Source of the DNA: Vicugna vicugna
Taxonomy: Eukaryota
Length of the DNA stretch: 64,000 bases
Assembly (NCBI GenBank): GCA_013265495.1
Contig: MU058718.1
Location: 1,550,001 to 1,614,000 of the forward strand
Direction: 5' to 3'
Numbering within the stretch: position 1 is the first letter of the stretch; every line of letters starts with the position of its first letter. A program made the position numbers and the translations under genes. The notes under the pieces are model-generated. The model saw nothing but the letters and a program-made list of their open reading frames with translations. It did no database searches and was not told where the DNA came from. Shown piece by piece: positions 63,118 to 64,000 of the stretch.

Positions 63118-63207
63118 ATATCCTTGTCATATTTGAATTTCAGTACTCAGCAGCGGTGTTGCACACAGCACATGCTTAATAACCATTAAGTGAGTACATT
63201 AATGGAT
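63118..63207 (+). mobile_element. L2 3' end, degenerate
   Basis: 'cagtactcagcagcggtgttgcacacagcacatgcttaataa'. Confidence 0.5.
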
Positions 63208-64000
63208 ACGCTTATTAGGTAAGGTGGCCATGAGGCTTTCTTCCACTAATGACTGTTGCTGATTGCTGATTATCACAGAACTTTGGAATCATAAAAGCAA
63301 AGGCTGATTCTATTCATGAAATTCTGCGCTAGTGAGCATTAATTATTCTTTTTTTCTGATTTCCCTTCCAGTCATCCAGAAAGCTGCAAGATTCCTTGAT
63401 CTCAGTTTTTATGGCAACTAAGATACATAAATTCCCCAGGTGCAAAATCAATAGTCTTCAGTCCACCATTCAATATTGGAAGTTTCACTCTGGTAAGTCC
63501 CTCCTAAGTCACATTGATGATGCCTGAGTTTTATGAGCAGTGAAATCTATTAATTATCCTTTCTATTTCTCTTTGGCATTTTATTATAAGTGAGAGAAGG
63601 GAGAGCTAATCCTTTTATAAGTAGGTAGCAGAGACATAACACACCCATAACCAAACCTCTCTCTTTCTCTTCCCACCCACCTTTTCTTCTTTCACAAGAG
63701 TTTAAGACCAAAAATCCAGATTAAAGTCAGGCTCTTAATGTTAAATGCATTTTTACAGAGGCAAGTGTCTGTGAAAGACATTTTATAGGAACAAGTGATC
63801 AATTGCATTTTTAAGAGCAACTCCTACACATGCTACTGGGTAAGTTGCCAAAGGGTTCATTGTATTTCCCACACTAGGACCGATGGCTCAGGAAGTGAGC
63901 TAAATATTTCAGATGCCTGGGTTTCACAGCTTAGAAGCTTAATTTTTTTAAACTTGTGTGAGATAAAGCAATAGCAGTTTCAGAATAATGACTGTTATTC

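Noticed and set aside
1..64000. ORF-track entries of 60-150 aa as protein-coding genes
   Set aside because: None resembles a protein I recognise except decayed L1 ORF2 remnants. Many lie in LTR, L2 or L1 sequence or run through microsatellites, and many start at non-ATG codons. Their sizes fit chance.
1..64000. CRISPR array, operon, prophage or other prokaryotic system
   Set aside because: The repeat content is clearly mammalian; there is no regularly spaced repeat-spacer array and no long ORF.

Overview
Mammalian nuclear DNA, AT-rich, CpG-depleted and repeat-rich. It carries old eutherian repeats: MIR, L2, L3/CR1, L1M, MaLR/ERVL/ERV1 solo LTRs and hAT DNA transposons. It also has six very short 3' stubs of one younger L1 family of cetartiodactyl type. 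I saw no Alu, B1, CHR-2, Bov-tA or PRE-1 SINE, so a camelid origin is my inference. I recognise no protein-coding gene, RNA gene, CRISPR array or prokaryotic system. The supplied ORFs look like chance or repeat-derived frames, so the window is probably intronic or intergenic. Best-supported unusual structures: a 35-bp exact copy of 55240-55274 at 58191-58225 within a 13-bp target-site duplication; an L1 stub with an apparent short 3' transduction; an orphan CpG island at about 13.0-13.5 kb next to a homeodomain-motif cluster. There is also a speculative minus-strand two-exon ORF for a 53-aa tail-anchor-like peptide. Repeat family names come from my recollection of consensus sequences, not a database search, and most boundaries are approximate.
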